From assembly GCA_965117055.1 (NCBI GenBank), contig OZ220750.1, positions 4,271,977 to 4,335,976 on the forward strand: a DNA stretch of 64,000 nt, read 5' to 3'. Shown one piece after another: positions 40,191 through 50,040 of the stretch. How positions within the stretch are numbered: the stretch's first letter is position 1; every line of letters starts with the position of its first letter. The stretch comes from Alphaproteobacteria bacterium. Lineage in GTDB: Bacteria > Pseudomonadota > Alphaproteobacteria > MPNO01. The position numbers and the translations under genes are program-made. The notes under the pieces were generated by a model that searched no databases, was not told where the DNA came from, and worked only from the letters and a program-made list of their open reading frames with translations.

Positions 40191-41452
40191 CCGTCCGGGG
40201 CCGCGCGGGCGGGCTCCGGTTCGCGCAGCGGACCGCCGCCCAGCGTCAGAGACAACAGGACGATTCCGACGATCATCAGCGTCCCGGCGCTCAGGCCGAG
40301 CGACCAGTGGATGCCGATCAGGCTGCCGCCGAAGCCGACGGTGATGCCGCTGAAGGAGCGCAGGCCGAGCGAGGCCATGTTGTAGAGCCCGACCACACGG
40401 CCGCGGATCGCCTCCGGCGCGTTGAGCTGCACCAGCGTCATCGCCATCGAGTTGTAGGAAAGATCGAGAAAACCCGCGGCGAACAGCAGCCCGAGTGCCA
40501 GCGTGTAGTTCTCCGAAGATGCGAAGCCCGCGATCGCGCAGCACCAGAGGACCACCAGGATGAAGGCGGTCCGGGGGCGCGCGCTCAGCAGTCCCCGGCT
40601 CTCCAGGACGAACCCGGCCATCAGCGCCCCGGCCGCGGTGGCGGCGAGCAGGGCGCTGTAGTGCAGGCCGTCGTCGTGTCCCAGATGGTGCGCGAATTCC
40701 GGCATCTGCGCCTGGTGCGCGTTGCCGACCAGGAACGCGGCGCAACCGGCCAGGACGATCATCGAGACGATGGTGCGGTCGGAAGCGATGTCGCGCAGCG
40801 TCGCGAGGATTTCGGCGAAACCCGCGAACGCGCGTCCGGGCGGGCGCGGGCCGGAGCGGAACGCGGGCCCGTACGGCGCCTTCCACAGCCACAGCGCCAG
40901 CGGCAGGTAGATCAGGACGTTCAGCAGGATGCCCCAGGCCGGTCCGAGGGCGATCATCAACGCGCCGCCCACCGCCGGCCCGAGCAGGATGCCGAGCTGC
41001 CGCCCCGACGCGATCGTCCGGACCGCGCTCTGGAGCTGGGCGGCCCCGACGATGTCGTGGACCAGGAGCTGCGCCGCGGGCGCCCAGATCACGCCTGCGA
41101 AGCCGTGCAGGATCAGGAGCACGACGGCATGCCACATCTCGAGCGAATCGGTCAGGAACAGGATGCCCCAGCCGGACGAGACGACCATGAACAGGACCAT
41201 GCCGAACTGGATGATCCGGCGCGGGTCGAACCGGTCGGCGAGCGCGCCGGCATAGACCGAGAACAGCAGGAACGGCACCCAGTGGGAAAACACCGCGAAG
41301 CCGGCGAGCGCGGGCGATTCGAACTTCTGGAAGATGATCCAGTAGCTGATCACGTGCTCGATATTGTCCGCCATCATGGCGAGCATCGCGAAACTCAGAT
41401 AGGCGCGCCCGCCGGGATGGCGAAGCGCCGCGAAGGATCGTGGTTCAGTCAT
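40181..41452 (-). CDS. MFS transporter (EntS/YbdA-like efflux family)
   Basis: 423 aa with 12 predicted TM helices and an MFS signature around GALADRFDPRRI. Confidence 0.8.
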   Translation of the reverse strand: MTEPRSFAALRHPGGRAYLSFAMLAMMADNIEHVISYWIIFQKFESPALAGFAVFSHWVPFLLFSVYAGALADRFDPRRIIQFGMVLFMVVSSGWGILFLTDSLEMWHAVVLLILHGFAGVIWAPAAQLLVHDIVGAAQLQSAVRTIASGRQLGILLGPAVGGALMIALGPAWGILLNVLIYLPLALWLWKAPYGPAFRSGPRPPGRAFAGFAEILATLRDIASDRTIVSMIVLAGCAAFLVGNAHQAQMPEFAHHLGHDDGLHYSALLAATAAGALMAGFVLESRGLLSARPRTAFILVVLWCCAIAGFASSENYTLALGLLFAAGFLDLSYNSMAMTLVQLNAPEAIRGRVVGLYNMASLGLRSFSGITVGFGGSLIGIHWSLGLSAGTLMIVGIVLLSLTLGGGPLREPEPARAAPDGQP

Positions 41453-41494
41453 TCATGTTTCCTGGGCATTTTCCGACCTGACCGGGTCGCGGCG

Positions 41495-41632
41495 GTCCCG
41501 TACCGTCCTCCCCCTCACCCCGGCCCTCTCCCCGCCGGGGAGAGGGAGAGTAACGGCACCCACCGCGCCTTACTTCTCCCCTCCCGCTGGCGGGAGGGGC
41601 CGGGGGAGGGTGGAGCTACGCGGTACGGACCC
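41495..41632. repeat. GC-rich double-hairpin repeat element, copy A (REP/MITE-like)
   Basis: Terminal inverted repeats (GGTCCCGTACCG ... CGGTACGGACC) enclose two perfect 10-bp-stem hairpins, CCCTCTCCCC-GCCG-GGGGAGAGGG and CCCCTCCCGC-TGG-GCGGGAGGGG. It is about 75-80% identical to the reverse complement of copy B. Confidence 0.6.
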
Positions 41633-41664
41633 GATAGATAGGCGACAGGTTACGGCCAAACCGC

Positions 41665-42969
41665 TCAGCGGATCATCGATTCCGGCAGGAACAGGGCGAT
41701 GTCCGGAAACGCGATCAGCAGGGCGGTGCAGATCAGCATCGCCCCCCAGAAGGGGATGATGCCGCGGAATATCTCGCCCATCGGCACGCCCTCGGCGATC
41801 CCCTTGACCACGAACACGTTGAGCCCGAGCGGCGGGCTGATCAGGCTCATCTCCAGGATCACCACCAGGAGCGCGCCGAACCAGATCGGGTCGTAGCCCA
41901 TGTCCTTGATCAGCGGGAACACGATCGGCAGCGTCAGCACCATCATCGCGAGCCCTTCGAGGAAGGTGCCGAGCACGATGTAGCCGATCACTATGACGAT
42001 CAGCACCGCCACCGGAGCCAGATCGAGCCCCGGCATCGCGGCCGCGAGCTTGGCCGGGATCTGGGTGACGGCGAGGAACGGGTTGAACAGGAAGGCGCCG
42101 ATCACGATCAGGTAGACGAAGGCGAAGGTCTTGACCGTCTCCAGAATGCAGAACTTGAGCACGCCGAGGGTGAGCCTTCCGCGGACCACGGTGAGGACGA
42201 AGGTGAGGAACGCGCCGACCGCCGCCGCCTCAACCGGCGTGAAGACGCCGAGATAGATCCCGCCGAGAACCGCGAACACGATGCCGATCAGCGAGAACGA
42301 ACGGCCCACCATGCGCGCGCGTTCCCGCCACGGCAGCCGCTCCGCCTTGGGCCCGATCGCCGGGTTGAGACGGGTCAGGATGGCGATCGTCACCATGAAC
42401 AGGCCGGTGAGCAGGATGCCGGGCAGCACGCCGGCCAGGAAGAGCTGGCCGATCGATTCCTCGGTCAAGAGCGCGTAGATGATGAACCCGGTCGAGGGCG
42501 GTATCAGGATGCCCAGCGTGCCGCCCGCCGCCACGCAGCCGGTGGCGAGGCGCGGGTGGTAGTCGTGGCGCTTCATCTCCGGCAGCGCGACCCGCCCCAT
42601 CGTGACCGCCGAGGCGAGGCTCGATCCGGAGACCGCCGCGAACCCGGCGCAGCCGACCACGGTCGCCGACGCCAGCCCGCCCGGCCAGTGCCCGACCAGG
42701 CTGCGCGCCATGTCGTAGAGGTCGCGGCTCATCCCCGACACCATCGCGAAGTTTCCCATCAGCACGAACAGCGCGATGATGCTGAGGTCGTAGTTGTAGG
42801 CGATCTCGAACGGAACGCTGCCGAGCAGCGCCAGCGTCGGGTCGAGCCCGCTCAGCGCCCAGTAGCCGAGCGCGCCAGCGATCGCCAGCGCGATACCGAT
42901 CGGCACGCGCAGGAAGATCAGCAGGAACAGCCCCGCGAGACCGAGAATGCCGACGAGGGTGGGGCTCAC
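41665..42969 (-). CDS. dctM: TRAP transporter large permease (DctM family), GTG start overlapping the dctQ stop
   Basis: The conserved DctM N-terminus SPTLVGILGLAGLFLLIFLRVPIGIALAIAG follows a GTG that overlaps the dctQ TGA (GTGA). The gene is 434 aa. The 532-aa listed ORF is over-extended. Confidence 0.88.
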   Translation of the reverse strand: MSPTLVGILGLAGLFLLIFLRVPIGIALAIAGALGYWALSGLDPTLALLGSVPFEIAYNYDLSIIALFVLMGNFAMVSGMSRDLYDMARSLVGHWPGGLASATVVGCAGFAAVSGSSLASAVTMGRVALPEMKRHDYHPRLATGCVAAGGTLGILIPPSTGFIIYALLTEESIGQLFLAGVLPGILLTGLFMVTIAILTRLNPAIGPKAERLPWRERARMVGRSFSLIGIVFAVLGGIYLGVFTPVEAAAVGAFLTFVLTVVRGRLTLGVLKFCILETVKTFAFVYLIVIGAFLFNPFLAVTQIPAKLAAAMPGLDLAPVAVLIVIVIGYIVLGTFLEGLAMMVLTLPIVFPLIKDMGYDPIWFGALLVVILEMSLISPPLGLNVFVVKGIAEGVPMGEIFRGIIPFWGAMLICTALLIAFPDIALFLPESMIR

Positions 42970-43472
42970 GCCGCTTCGTCGCTTTCCGGCCCGGGCACGA
43001 AGATGCGGATCGCCAGCACGAGAGCCATCGACCCGGCGCCGAACGCCACCACCCAGTAGAACGGAAAGAACGGGATCGTCAGCAGCTGGGAAGCCTCGGC
43101 GAATTCGCGCACGTCGACCGACTGGACCACCGCGCGCCACGCGATCAGGGCGAACATGGCGCAACCGAACAGATTGATCGCGGGGTCGAGGACACGCTGC
43201 ACGCCCCGGCCGAGCCGGTTGTAGAGCAGCTCGATGACCACATGCGCCCCGCGCCACGCGCAATAGGCGAAGCCCAGAAAAGTCATGATCAGAACCGCGA
43301 ACTGGGTGAGGTCGAAGACCCCGGTAATCGGCGCGTTGAAGAAGTAGCGGCCGACCACGTCCGCCGTGGTCAGCAACATGAGAAGGAAGAGAACGGCCCC
43401 GGCGATATACGCCGAGGCCGTGACCAGGATGCCGACGGCCCGGGAGACCGGACCCTCGCGAGAGTCCATCAA
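42966..43472 (-). CDS. dctQ: TRAP transporter small permease (DctQ family)
   Basis: 168 aa with four TM helices and a DctQ-like profile. Its start overlaps the dctP stop. Confidence 0.85.
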   Translation of the reverse strand: MMDSREGPVSRAVGILVTASAYIAGAVLFLLMLLTTADVVGRYFFNAPITGVFDLTQFAVLIMTFLGFAYCAWRGAHVVIELLYNRLGRGVQRVLDPAINLFGCAMFALIAWRAVVQSVDVREFAEASQLLTIPFFPFYWVVAFGAGSMALVLAIRIFVPGPESDEAA

Positions 43473-44506
43473 CCCTTGGCCAGGTAGTCGGCGAGCATCT
43501 GCTTATAGGTCGGGTCCGATTTCCCGTAGCGCTTGACCCAGTCAGCGACGATGGTCTTGAAGCGCGCGGTCCAGGCCGCCTTGTCGGCCGCGCTCAACTC
43601 GGTGATGTTGGTGTCTTCCCGGGTCCGCACCGTCTTGAGGCCCGCCGCGCGCGCTGCCTCGTAGAGCTTGGCGCCCTTGAGGCTGAGCGGCAGGCCGCGC
43701 TGGGCGTCGACGGCCTTCTTCTGGTCGGCGGAAAGGCCCGCATAGGTCTTCTTGTTCATCACCATCATCTGCGGCGAATAGCCCATCGGCAGGTCGACGA
43801 TGAAGTTCTTGACCACCTCGGCCAGCTTGAAACTGTTCACGGTCGAGATGCCTACCAGCGCGCCGTCGACCACACCCTTCTCGATCGCGCTGTAGGTCTG
43901 CGGCATCGGCATCCCGACGGGGATCGCGCCCAGCCCCTTGATGATCGCCGCCTGGTCGCGCGACGGCGTCCTGAGCTTCATGCCCTTGAGGTCGTCTGGG
44001 GTGCGGACGACCTTGTTGGTCATCAGCACCGGAACGTCGGTGGTCCAGAGCCCGAGAACCTCGACGCGCGCGTACTCGGACGAGAGGTGCTTGTCGAAGA
44101 TCTTCCACATCGCCGTGGTCGCCTCGGTGGGCGAGCCCCATTGCAGCGGAATTTCCACCACCATGGTCTTCGGGAACACCGTCGAGGTGTAGCCCTGCAG
44201 CCCGAACTCGATGTCGGCGATGCCGTTGACCACCCGCTTGAAGGCGCCGGGCGGCTTGCCGCCGATCTGCCCGCCGGGGAAACCGACCACCTTCAGGCCG
44301 ACATTCGCCGCCGCGATGCCCTTGCCCCAGGGCGTCATCAGCTTGGCCCAGACATGGTGCTTGGGGCTGGTGAAGAACGCCATCTTCAGGTCGCGCGCCT
44401 CTGCCTGCGAGACCCAGCTCGCGCCGGCGAGAACCGCCCCGGCCACGCCGAGCGCGGTCAGCCCCTTCAACACCGAACGCAACGAAACCCTCATGTGTCC
44501 ATGCAT
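43469..44506 (-). CDS. dctP: TRAP transporter substrate-binding protein (DctP family)
   Basis: Start at MHGHMRVSLRSVLKGLTALGVAGAVLAGASW (signal peptide; GGGGAGGG SD). The longer listed ORF reads through repeat copy B. Confidence 0.88.
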   Translation of the reverse strand: MHGHMRVSLRSVLKGLTALGVAGAVLAGASWVSQAEARDLKMAFFTSPKHHVWAKLMTPWGKGIAAANVGLKVVGFPGGQIGGKPPGAFKRVVNGIADIEFGLQGYTSTVFPKTMVVEIPLQWGSPTEATTAMWKIFDKHLSSEYARVEVLGLWTTDVPVLMTNKVVRTPDDLKGMKLRTPSRDQAAIIKGLGAIPVGMPMPQTYSAIEKGVVDGALVGISTVNSFKLAEVVKNFIVDLPMGYSPQMMVMNKKTYAGLSADQKKAVDAQRGLPLSLKGAKLYEAARAAGLKTVRTREDTNITELSAADKAAWTARFKTIVADWVKRYGKSDPTYKQMLADYLAKG

Positions 44507-44619
44507 CGCTATTCCCTCCCCGATAGGAGCCTTGTCGCCCTTCGACGGGCGCCACAGCTGAGGCGATTCTACGGGGGGAGACCGTCCGGGTGTCAAGCGC
44601 AAGCGCGCTTGTGCCGGGT

Positions 44620-44730
44620 CGCCACCCTCCCCCAACCCCTCCCGCAAGCGGGAGGGGCGAAGATAAGGAAGAGTCGGCGCGCTAATCCCCTCTCCCCCGC
44701 GGGGGAGAGGGTCAGGGTGAGGGGGGTCTC
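44620..44730. repeat. GC-rich double-hairpin repeat element, copy B (inverted relative to copy A)
   Basis: Contains CCCCTCCCGC-AAG-CGGGAGGGG and CCCCTCTCCCCC-GCG-GGGGGAGAGGG hairpins. Its reverse complement aligns with copy A over about 110 bp. It overlaps the last few codons of the dehydrogenase gene. Confidence 0.6.
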
Positions 44731-45650
44731 TGCGCCAACGGTCGGGCGGCGGCGCCGTCCGCCTCTTCGCCCAGCGCGAGGCGGCGGAGCGCGGCCCCGA
44801 CATTCACCACGTCCTCGTTGCCGTAACCCATCAGCGTCGCCAGCTGGTAGGTCTCGCGGGTCGCGTTGGAAAGCAGCGACGGCGATTTCGTGTCGGCCGC
44901 GAGCTTGGCGAACAGCGAAACGTCCTTGAGCGCGATTTCGGTCGCGAAGAAAGGTCCGTCCTCGCCGGTGACGATCCGCCTGGACAGCGCGCCCAGCGCC
45001 GCGCTGTTCGACGTGCTGTTGGAAAGCACGTCGAGCAGCCGGTCGAGATCGACCCCGAGCTTGGCCGCCAGCGCGAAGGTCTCGGCATACATCGCATGGA
45101 TGCAGAGCCCGTTGACGTTGTTCAGAATCTTGAAGATGTGGCCGGTCCCCACCGGACCGCAATGCACGAAACGCTCGGAAACCGCCTCGAAGGCGGGACG
45201 GCAGCGCTCGACGATGTCCTCGGACCCGCCGACCAGAAGCACGATCTGCCCCTCCCAGGCGTGCTGCTCCATGCGCAGCATTGGCGCGTCGATGACGTGC
45301 ACCGAACGCGCCTCGGCCTCGGCGGCCAGCTCTCGGGTCACCGCGGGATCGCTCGTCGAGAAGTCGATCAGCACCGAATCCTGGCGCGCGTTGGCGATCA
45401 GCCCGTCGGGACCCTGGTACACCGCCCTGATCGCATCGATGCTTTGCAGACAGGTGCCGATCGTCCCGGTTGCCGCGCACAGCCCGGCGAGCCCGTTGGC
45501 CGGCTTCGCCCCCATGCCGACGGCGCGGTCGACCGCCGACGCGTCGATGTCGTGAACCGAGAGCTCGAAACCCTTCCTGAGAAGGTTGCGCGCGAGCCCC
45601 TTGCCCATGGTCCCGGCGCCGACCAGCCCGAAGCTGCGTTCCACCGTCAT
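44712..45650 (-). CDS. NAD(P)-dependent beta-hydroxyacid dehydrogenase (3-hydroxyisobutyrate dehydrogenase / tartronate-semialdehyde reductase family)
   Basis: Rossmann N-terminus FGLVGAGTMGKGLARNLLRKGFELSVHD and a HIBADH-type C-terminal domain. The start is ATG at 45650 or GTG at 45644 just after a GGGAGG SD. Confidence 0.82.
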   Translation of the reverse strand: MTVERSFGLVGAGTMGKGLARNLLRKGFELSVHDIDASAVDRAVGMGAKPANGLAGLCAATGTIGTCLQSIDAIRAVYQGPDGLIANARQDSVLIDFSTSDPAVTRELAAEAEARSVHVIDAPMLRMEQHAWEGQIVLLVGGSEDIVERCRPAFEAVSERFVHCGPVGTGHIFKILNNVNGLCIHAMYAETFALAAKLGVDLDRLLDVLSNSTSNSAALGALSRRIVTGEDGPFFATEIALKDVSLFAKLAADTKSPSLLSNATRETYQLATLMGYGNEDVVNVGAALRRLALGEEADGAAARPLAQRPPSP

Positions 45651-45661
45651 CCTCCCTGCGA

Positions 45662-47170
45662 TCACTCGGCGGCCCGATCTTCGGCCGCCGGCGGGCGCCA
45701 GCGCAAGACCGGGCGGCGCGCGGCCGCGGTCTCGTCGAAACGGCGGCGCGGCGCCTCGCCGGGCGCGGCGTGGAACGCGTGGGCCTCGCCCGCAAGCGCC
45801 CGCTCGGCGATGCGCCGCAGCGTCGCGATCAGGTGATCGAGGCTTTCCTTCGACTCCGTTTCGGTGGGCTCCAGGAGAAGCGCGCCATGCACCACCAGCG
45901 GGAAGTAGATCGTCGCGGGATGGTATCCCTCGTCGATCATCGCCTTGGCGAGGTCGAGCGTGGTGACGCCGGTGTCCTTGAGGAACGCGTCGTCGAACAG
46001 GACCTCGTGCATGCAGGGACCGTCATAGGGAAGGCTCATCAGATCGCAGAGCCCGGCCGAGACGTAGTTGGCGTTCAGCACCGCGTCCGAAGAAGCCTGG
46101 TTCAGGCCATCGATGCCGTGGCTCAGAATGTAGGCGAGCGCGCGGACGAACATCCCCATCTGGCCGTGGAAGCCCTTCACCCGGCCGAACGAGGTCCCCG
46201 AAGCGTCGCTCTCGACCAGCCGCAGCCCGTCCGGCCCCTGCGCTACATACGGCACCGGCGCGAAAGGAGCGAGCGCTTCGCAGAGCGCGATCGGGCCGCT
46301 GCCCGGCCCGCCGCCGCCATGCGGCGTGGAGAATGTCTTGTGCAGGTTGAGATGCATGCAGTCGATGCCGAGATCGCCCGGCCGAACCCGGCCAACGATG
46401 GCGTTGAAGTTGGCGCCGTCGCAATAGAAATAGGCGCCCGCGTCGTGGACCGCTTCGGCCTGTTCCAGGATCTCGTCCTCGAACAGCCCGCAGGTATTCG
46501 GGTTGGTCAGCATGAAGGCGGCGACGCCGTCGTCGAGCGCCGATTTGAGCGCCTCCAGGTCGACCCGTCCCCGCGCGTTCAACGGCACCGCCGCGACTTC
46601 GTAACCGCACATCGCGGCGCTCGCCGGGTTGGTGCCGTGCGCGGAATCGGGCACCAGCACGCGCTTGCGCGCATCGCCCGCCGCCTCGTGGGCCGAGCGG
46701 ATCGTCATCAGCCCGGTCCATTCGCCGTGCGCGCCGGCGGCGGGGGAAAGGGCGATCGCCGGCATCCCGGTAAGGGCCCTCAGCCAGTCCGAAAGCCGCT
46801 CCATCAGCGCGAGCGCGCCCTGCACGGTGGACTCGGGTTGGAGCGGATGGATGTCGGCGAACCCCGGCAGGCGCGCGAGCTTCTCGTTGAGCCTGGGGTT
46901 GTGCTTCATCGTGCATGAGCCCAGCGGGTAAAGCCCGGAATCGATCGCGTAGTTCTTCTGGCTGAGCCGTGTGAAGTGGCGCACGACCTGCGGCTCGGAG
47001 AGACCCGGCAGACCGATCGGCGCCTTCCGGGCCAGCCCGCCGAGACGATCCTTCATGTCCGGCGCATCGGGCAGATCGACGCCGGTTCTGCCCTCGGCGC
47101 CCTGCTCGAAGATCAGCGGCTCCTCGAAGCGGAGTCCGCGATGGCGGATAGCCTCCATCCCAGTGCTCAT
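45662..47170 (-). CDS. gcvPB: Glycine dehydrogenase (decarboxylating) subunit 2 (P-protein C-terminal half)
   Basis: Start [24 protein letters not shown]... (ATGA overlap with the gcvPA stop). It has the PLP-binding motif HLNLHKTF. The listed 811-aa ORF is over-extended. Confidence 0.93.
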   Translation of the reverse strand: MSTGMEAIRHRGLRFEEPLIFEQGAEGRTGVDLPDAPDMKDRLGGLARKAPIGLPGLSEPQVVRHFTRLSQKNYAIDSGLYPLGSCTMKHNPRLNEKLARLPGFADIHPLQPESTVQGALALMERLSDWLRALTGMPAIALSPAAGAHGEWTGLMTIRSAHEAAGDARKRVLVPDSAHGTNPASAAMCGYEVAAVPLNARGRVDLEALKSALDDGVAAFMLTNPNTCGLFEDEILEQAEAVHDAGAYFYCDGANFNAIVGRVRPGDLGIDCMHLNLHKTFSTPHGGGGPGSGPIALCEALAPFAPVPYVAQGPDGLRLVESDASGTSFGRVKGFHGQMGMFVRALAYILSHGIDGLNQASSDAVLNANYVSAGLCDLMSLPYDGPCMHEVLFDDAFLKDTGVTTLDLAKAMIDEGYHPATIYFPLVVHGALLLEPTETESKESLDHLIATLRRIAERALAGEAHAFHAAPGEAPRRRFDETAAARRPVLRWRPPAAEDRAAE

Positions 47171-48510
47171 CGGAGAGCCTCCCGGAGGGCGGCTTCGAGG
47201 GCCGCGATGTCTCCTTCGTCGGTGGTCTCGGTCGCGGCGACCAGCAGGAACGGCGCCGCCTCCGGTTCGCCGGGCAGGAGTCGGGAAACCGGGACCCCGG
47301 CGAGCACGCCGCGGCCGGCGAGCTCGTCCACCACCTCCGCAGCGGGCCGGTCGAGGCGGAGAGTGAACTCGTTGAAGAAGCTGTCGTTCACCACTTCCGC
47401 CCCGGCGACCGAATCGAGCCGGTCGGCGAGCGTCGCGGCTTTCGCGTGGTTCAGCCGCGCGAGCCGGGAAAACCCCTCTTCGCCGAGCAGGCTCAGATGG
47501 ATGGTGAAGGCGAGCGCGCACAGACCGGAATTGGTGCAGATGTTGCTGGTCGATTTCTCGCGCCGGATGTGCTGTTCGCGCGTCGCCAGCGTCAGCACCC
47601 AGCCGCGCTTGCCGTCGGCGTCGAGCGCCTCCCCCGCCAGACGCCCCGGCATCTGCCGCACATGACGCTCGCGGCACGCGAACAGACCGACATAGGGTCC
47701 GCCGAAGGTGAGCGGATTGCCGATCGACTTGCCCTCGGCCGCGACGATGTCGGCCCCCATCTCGCCGGGCGACTTCAGCGCGCCGAGCGCCACGACTTCG
47801 GTCACCGCGACAATGAGCAGCGCGCCGGCCTCGTGGCACGCCTCGGCCAGCGGCGCCAGGTCGCGCACCCGGCCGAAGAAATCGGGGTACTGGACGACGA
47901 CGCAGGCGGTCTCGGCATCGATCCGGTCGGCAAGCGACTCGATCCCGTCGAAGTCGGGCGGCAGGCGGTCGAGCCGGGCCGGAAGGAACCTGAGACCGGT
48001 CTCCGTCACCTCGCGGTAGTGCGGATGAAGCGCGCCGGACAACACCACGCCCGCCCGCTTCGTCACCCGCAGCGCCATGTTGACGGCTTCGAGACACGAG
48101 GTCGCGCCGTCGTACATCGACGCGTTGGCGACATCCAGTCCGGTAATCAGCGCGACCTGGGTCTGGAACTCGAACAGCGCCTGCAGCGTTCCCTGGGATA
48201 TCTCCGGCTGATAGGGCGTGTAGGAGGTGAGGAATTCTCCCCGCTGGATCAGCGCATCGACGCTTGCGGGTACGTGGTGGCGGTATGCGCCCGCGCCGAG
48301 AAAGAACGGGACGGATCCGGCCGGAACGTTTCGCGCGGCGAGCGCGCCGAGCGCGCGCTCGACCTCGATCTCGCCGGCATGGTCGGGCAGGTCGAAAACC
48401 GGATCGCGCGCCGCCTCGGGCACGTCCCGAAACAGGCTGTCCACGGACGGCGCGCCGATCGAGGCCAGCATCGCCCCCCGGTCGGCATCGGTCAGCGGCA
48501 GGTAGCGCAT
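47167..48510 (-). CDS. gcvPA: Glycine dehydrogenase (decarboxylating) subunit 1 (P-protein N-terminal half)
   Basis: Start [27 protein letters not shown] with a GGGAGG SD; 447 aa. Confidence 0.93.
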   Translation of the reverse strand: MRYLPLTDADRGAMLASIGAPSVDSLFRDVPEAARDPVFDLPDHAGEIEVERALGALAARNVPAGSVPFFLGAGAYRHHVPASVDALIQRGEFLTSYTPYQPEISQGTLQALFEFQTQVALITGLDVANASMYDGATSCLEAVNMALRVTKRAGVVLSGALHPHYREVTETGLRFLPARLDRLPPDFDGIESLADRIDAETACVVVQYPDFFGRVRDLAPLAEACHEAGALLIVAVTEVVALGALKSPGEMGADIVAAEGKSIGNPLTFGGPYVGLFACRERHVRQMPGRLAGEALDADGKRGWVLTLATREQHIRREKSTSNICTNSGLCALAFTIHLSLLGEEGFSRLARLNHAKAATLADRLDSVAGAEVVNDSFFNEFTLRLDRPAAEVVDELAGRGVLAGVPVSRLLPGEPEAAPFLLVAATETTDEGDIAALEAALREALR

Positions 48511-48530
48511 GGCTCGACCTCCCGTGTCGA

Positions 48531-48905
48531 TCAGAGGGCGGAAACGAAACTGTCGTAGGCGGCCTGGTCGAGCAACGCTTCGACCTCCCCGGGATCGGTC
48601 ATCCTGACCTTCATGAACCAGCCGCCCGCGGTGGGCTCGCGGTTGACCAGGCCGGGATCGTCGGCCAGCGGCTCGTTGACCTCGACCACTTCTCCGCTCA
48701 CCGGGGTATAGACCTCGCTCGCCGCCTTCACCGATTCGACGACGGCCGCCTCCTCGCCCTGCGCCACCGCGCGGCCCGGTTCGGGCAGTTCGACGAACAC
48801 GACGTCGCCGAGCTGATCCTGCGCATAGTCCGATATCCCGATCACGGCGATGTCGCCTTCCACGCGCACCCACTCATGTTCCTCGCTGTATCTGAGCTCG
48901 GCCAT
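48531..48905 (-). CDS. gcvH: Glycine cleavage system H protein
   Basis: 124 aa [41 protein letters not shown] with the lipoyl-lysine motif ESVKAAS. Confidence 0.95.
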   Translation of the reverse strand: MAELRYSEEHEWVRVEGDIAVIGISDYAQDQLGDVVFVELPEPGRAVAQGEEAAVVESVKAASEVYTPVSGEVVEVNEPLADDPGLVNREPTAGGWFMKVRMTDPGEVEALLDQAAYDSFVSAL

Positions 48906-48909
48906 CGCC

Positions 48910-50031
48910 TCACCCTCCCTTGCCCTTGAAATAGCGGTGCGGAACGAACGGCAGCTTCGCGATGCGCGCCGGAAGCGCCTTGTCGCGGACGACGACCTCG
49001 ACGGCCCGACCCGCCTCGCTCGCTCCACTGGCGACGTAGCCCATCGCGACCGGCCCGCCGACGCTCGGCCCGAAGCTGCCGCTGGTGATCTCGCCGAGCG
49101 TGCCGCCGCCGGACTCCCGGATCTCCGTGTGCGCCCGCGCCGGCGCACGGCCCTCGGGCCGGATCCCGACGCGGCGGCGCGACGCGCCATTGGCGAGCTG
49201 GTCGAGGATCGCGCCGGCGCCGGGGAAACCGCCCTCCGCCCGCCTGCGCTTTCCGACGGTCCAGCCGAGCCCCGCCTCGACCGGCGTGACGGTCCGGTCG
49301 ATGTCCTGCCCGTAGAGGCAGAGCCCCGCTTCCAGCCTCAGCGTGTCGCGCGCGCCGAGCCCGGCCGGCTCCACTCCCGGAAGATCGAGCAGCATGCGGG
49401 CGATCCGTTCGGTGTCCTCGGCCGGTATCGAGATCTCGAACCCGTCTTCGCCGGTATAGCCGGAACGCGTGATGGCGAGCCTGACGCCGTCGATCTCGAA
49501 CGGCGCGGCGGCCATGAACGGGAGCGTATCGGCGCCCGGCGCCAGACCGGCGAGCGCCGAAGCCGCTCGCGGTCCCTGGAGCGCCACCAGCCCCCGATCG
49601 AGCTCCTCGACCGTGCATCCGGAAGGCAGCGCGGCACGGATATGGACGATGTCGGCCGCCTTGCAGGCGGCGTTGGCGACAATGAACAGGTAGCCGCCGA
49701 CATTGGTGACGATGAGATCGTCGAGTATGCCGCCGGCCTCGTCGGTGAGCATGGTATAGCGCATGCGGCCGGGCGCGAGCCCCCGGATGTCGGCCGGAAC
49801 GAGCGCCTCGAGAGCCCCTTCCCTGCCCTCGCCGCGGATGACCAGTTGGCCCATATGCGAGACGTCGAACAGCGAAGCCGCGCTTCGCGTGTGCAGGTGC
49901 TCCCGGACGATCCCGGTACCGTACTGGATCGGCATGTCGTAGCCCGCGAACGGCGCCATCCTGGCGCCGAGGGCCCGATGCAGTTCGGTCAGCGGTGTCG
50001 ATTTTGCCAGCCCGGCTTCGGGGTCGCTCAT
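48910..50031 (-). CDS. gcvT: Glycine cleavage system aminomethyltransferase T
   Basis: Start MSDPEAGLAKSTPLTELHRALGARMAPFAGYDMPIQY. Canonical GcvT, 373 aa. Confidence 0.93.
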   Translation of the reverse strand: MSDPEAGLAKSTPLTELHRALGARMAPFAGYDMPIQYGTGIVREHLHTRSAASLFDVSHMGQLVIRGEGREGALEALVPADIRGLAPGRMRYTMLTDEAGGILDDLIVTNVGGYLFIVANAACKAADIVHIRAALPSGCTVEELDRGLVALQGPRAASALAGLAPGADTLPFMAAAPFEIDGVRLAITRSGYTGEDGFEISIPAEDTERIARMLLDLPGVEPAGLGARDTLRLEAGLCLYGQDIDRTVTPVEAGLGWTVGKRRRAEGGFPGAGAILDQLANGASRRRVGIRPEGRAPARAHTEIRESGGGTLGEITSGSFGPSVGGPVAMGYVASGASEAGRAVEVVVRDKALPARIAKLPFVPHRYFKGKGG

Positions 50032-50040
50032 CGGGTCCTC

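Noticed and set aside
41495-44730. Possibility that the GC-rich hairpin repeats are a CRISPR array
   Set aside because: There are only two copies, 3 kb apart and in inverted orientation. There are no regularly spaced spacers and no cas genes.
47171-48097. Upstream extension of the gcvPB ORF (811 aa as listed)
   Set aside because: It overlaps gcvPA out of frame. The conserved GcvPB N-terminus starts at the ATG overlapping the gcvPA stop.
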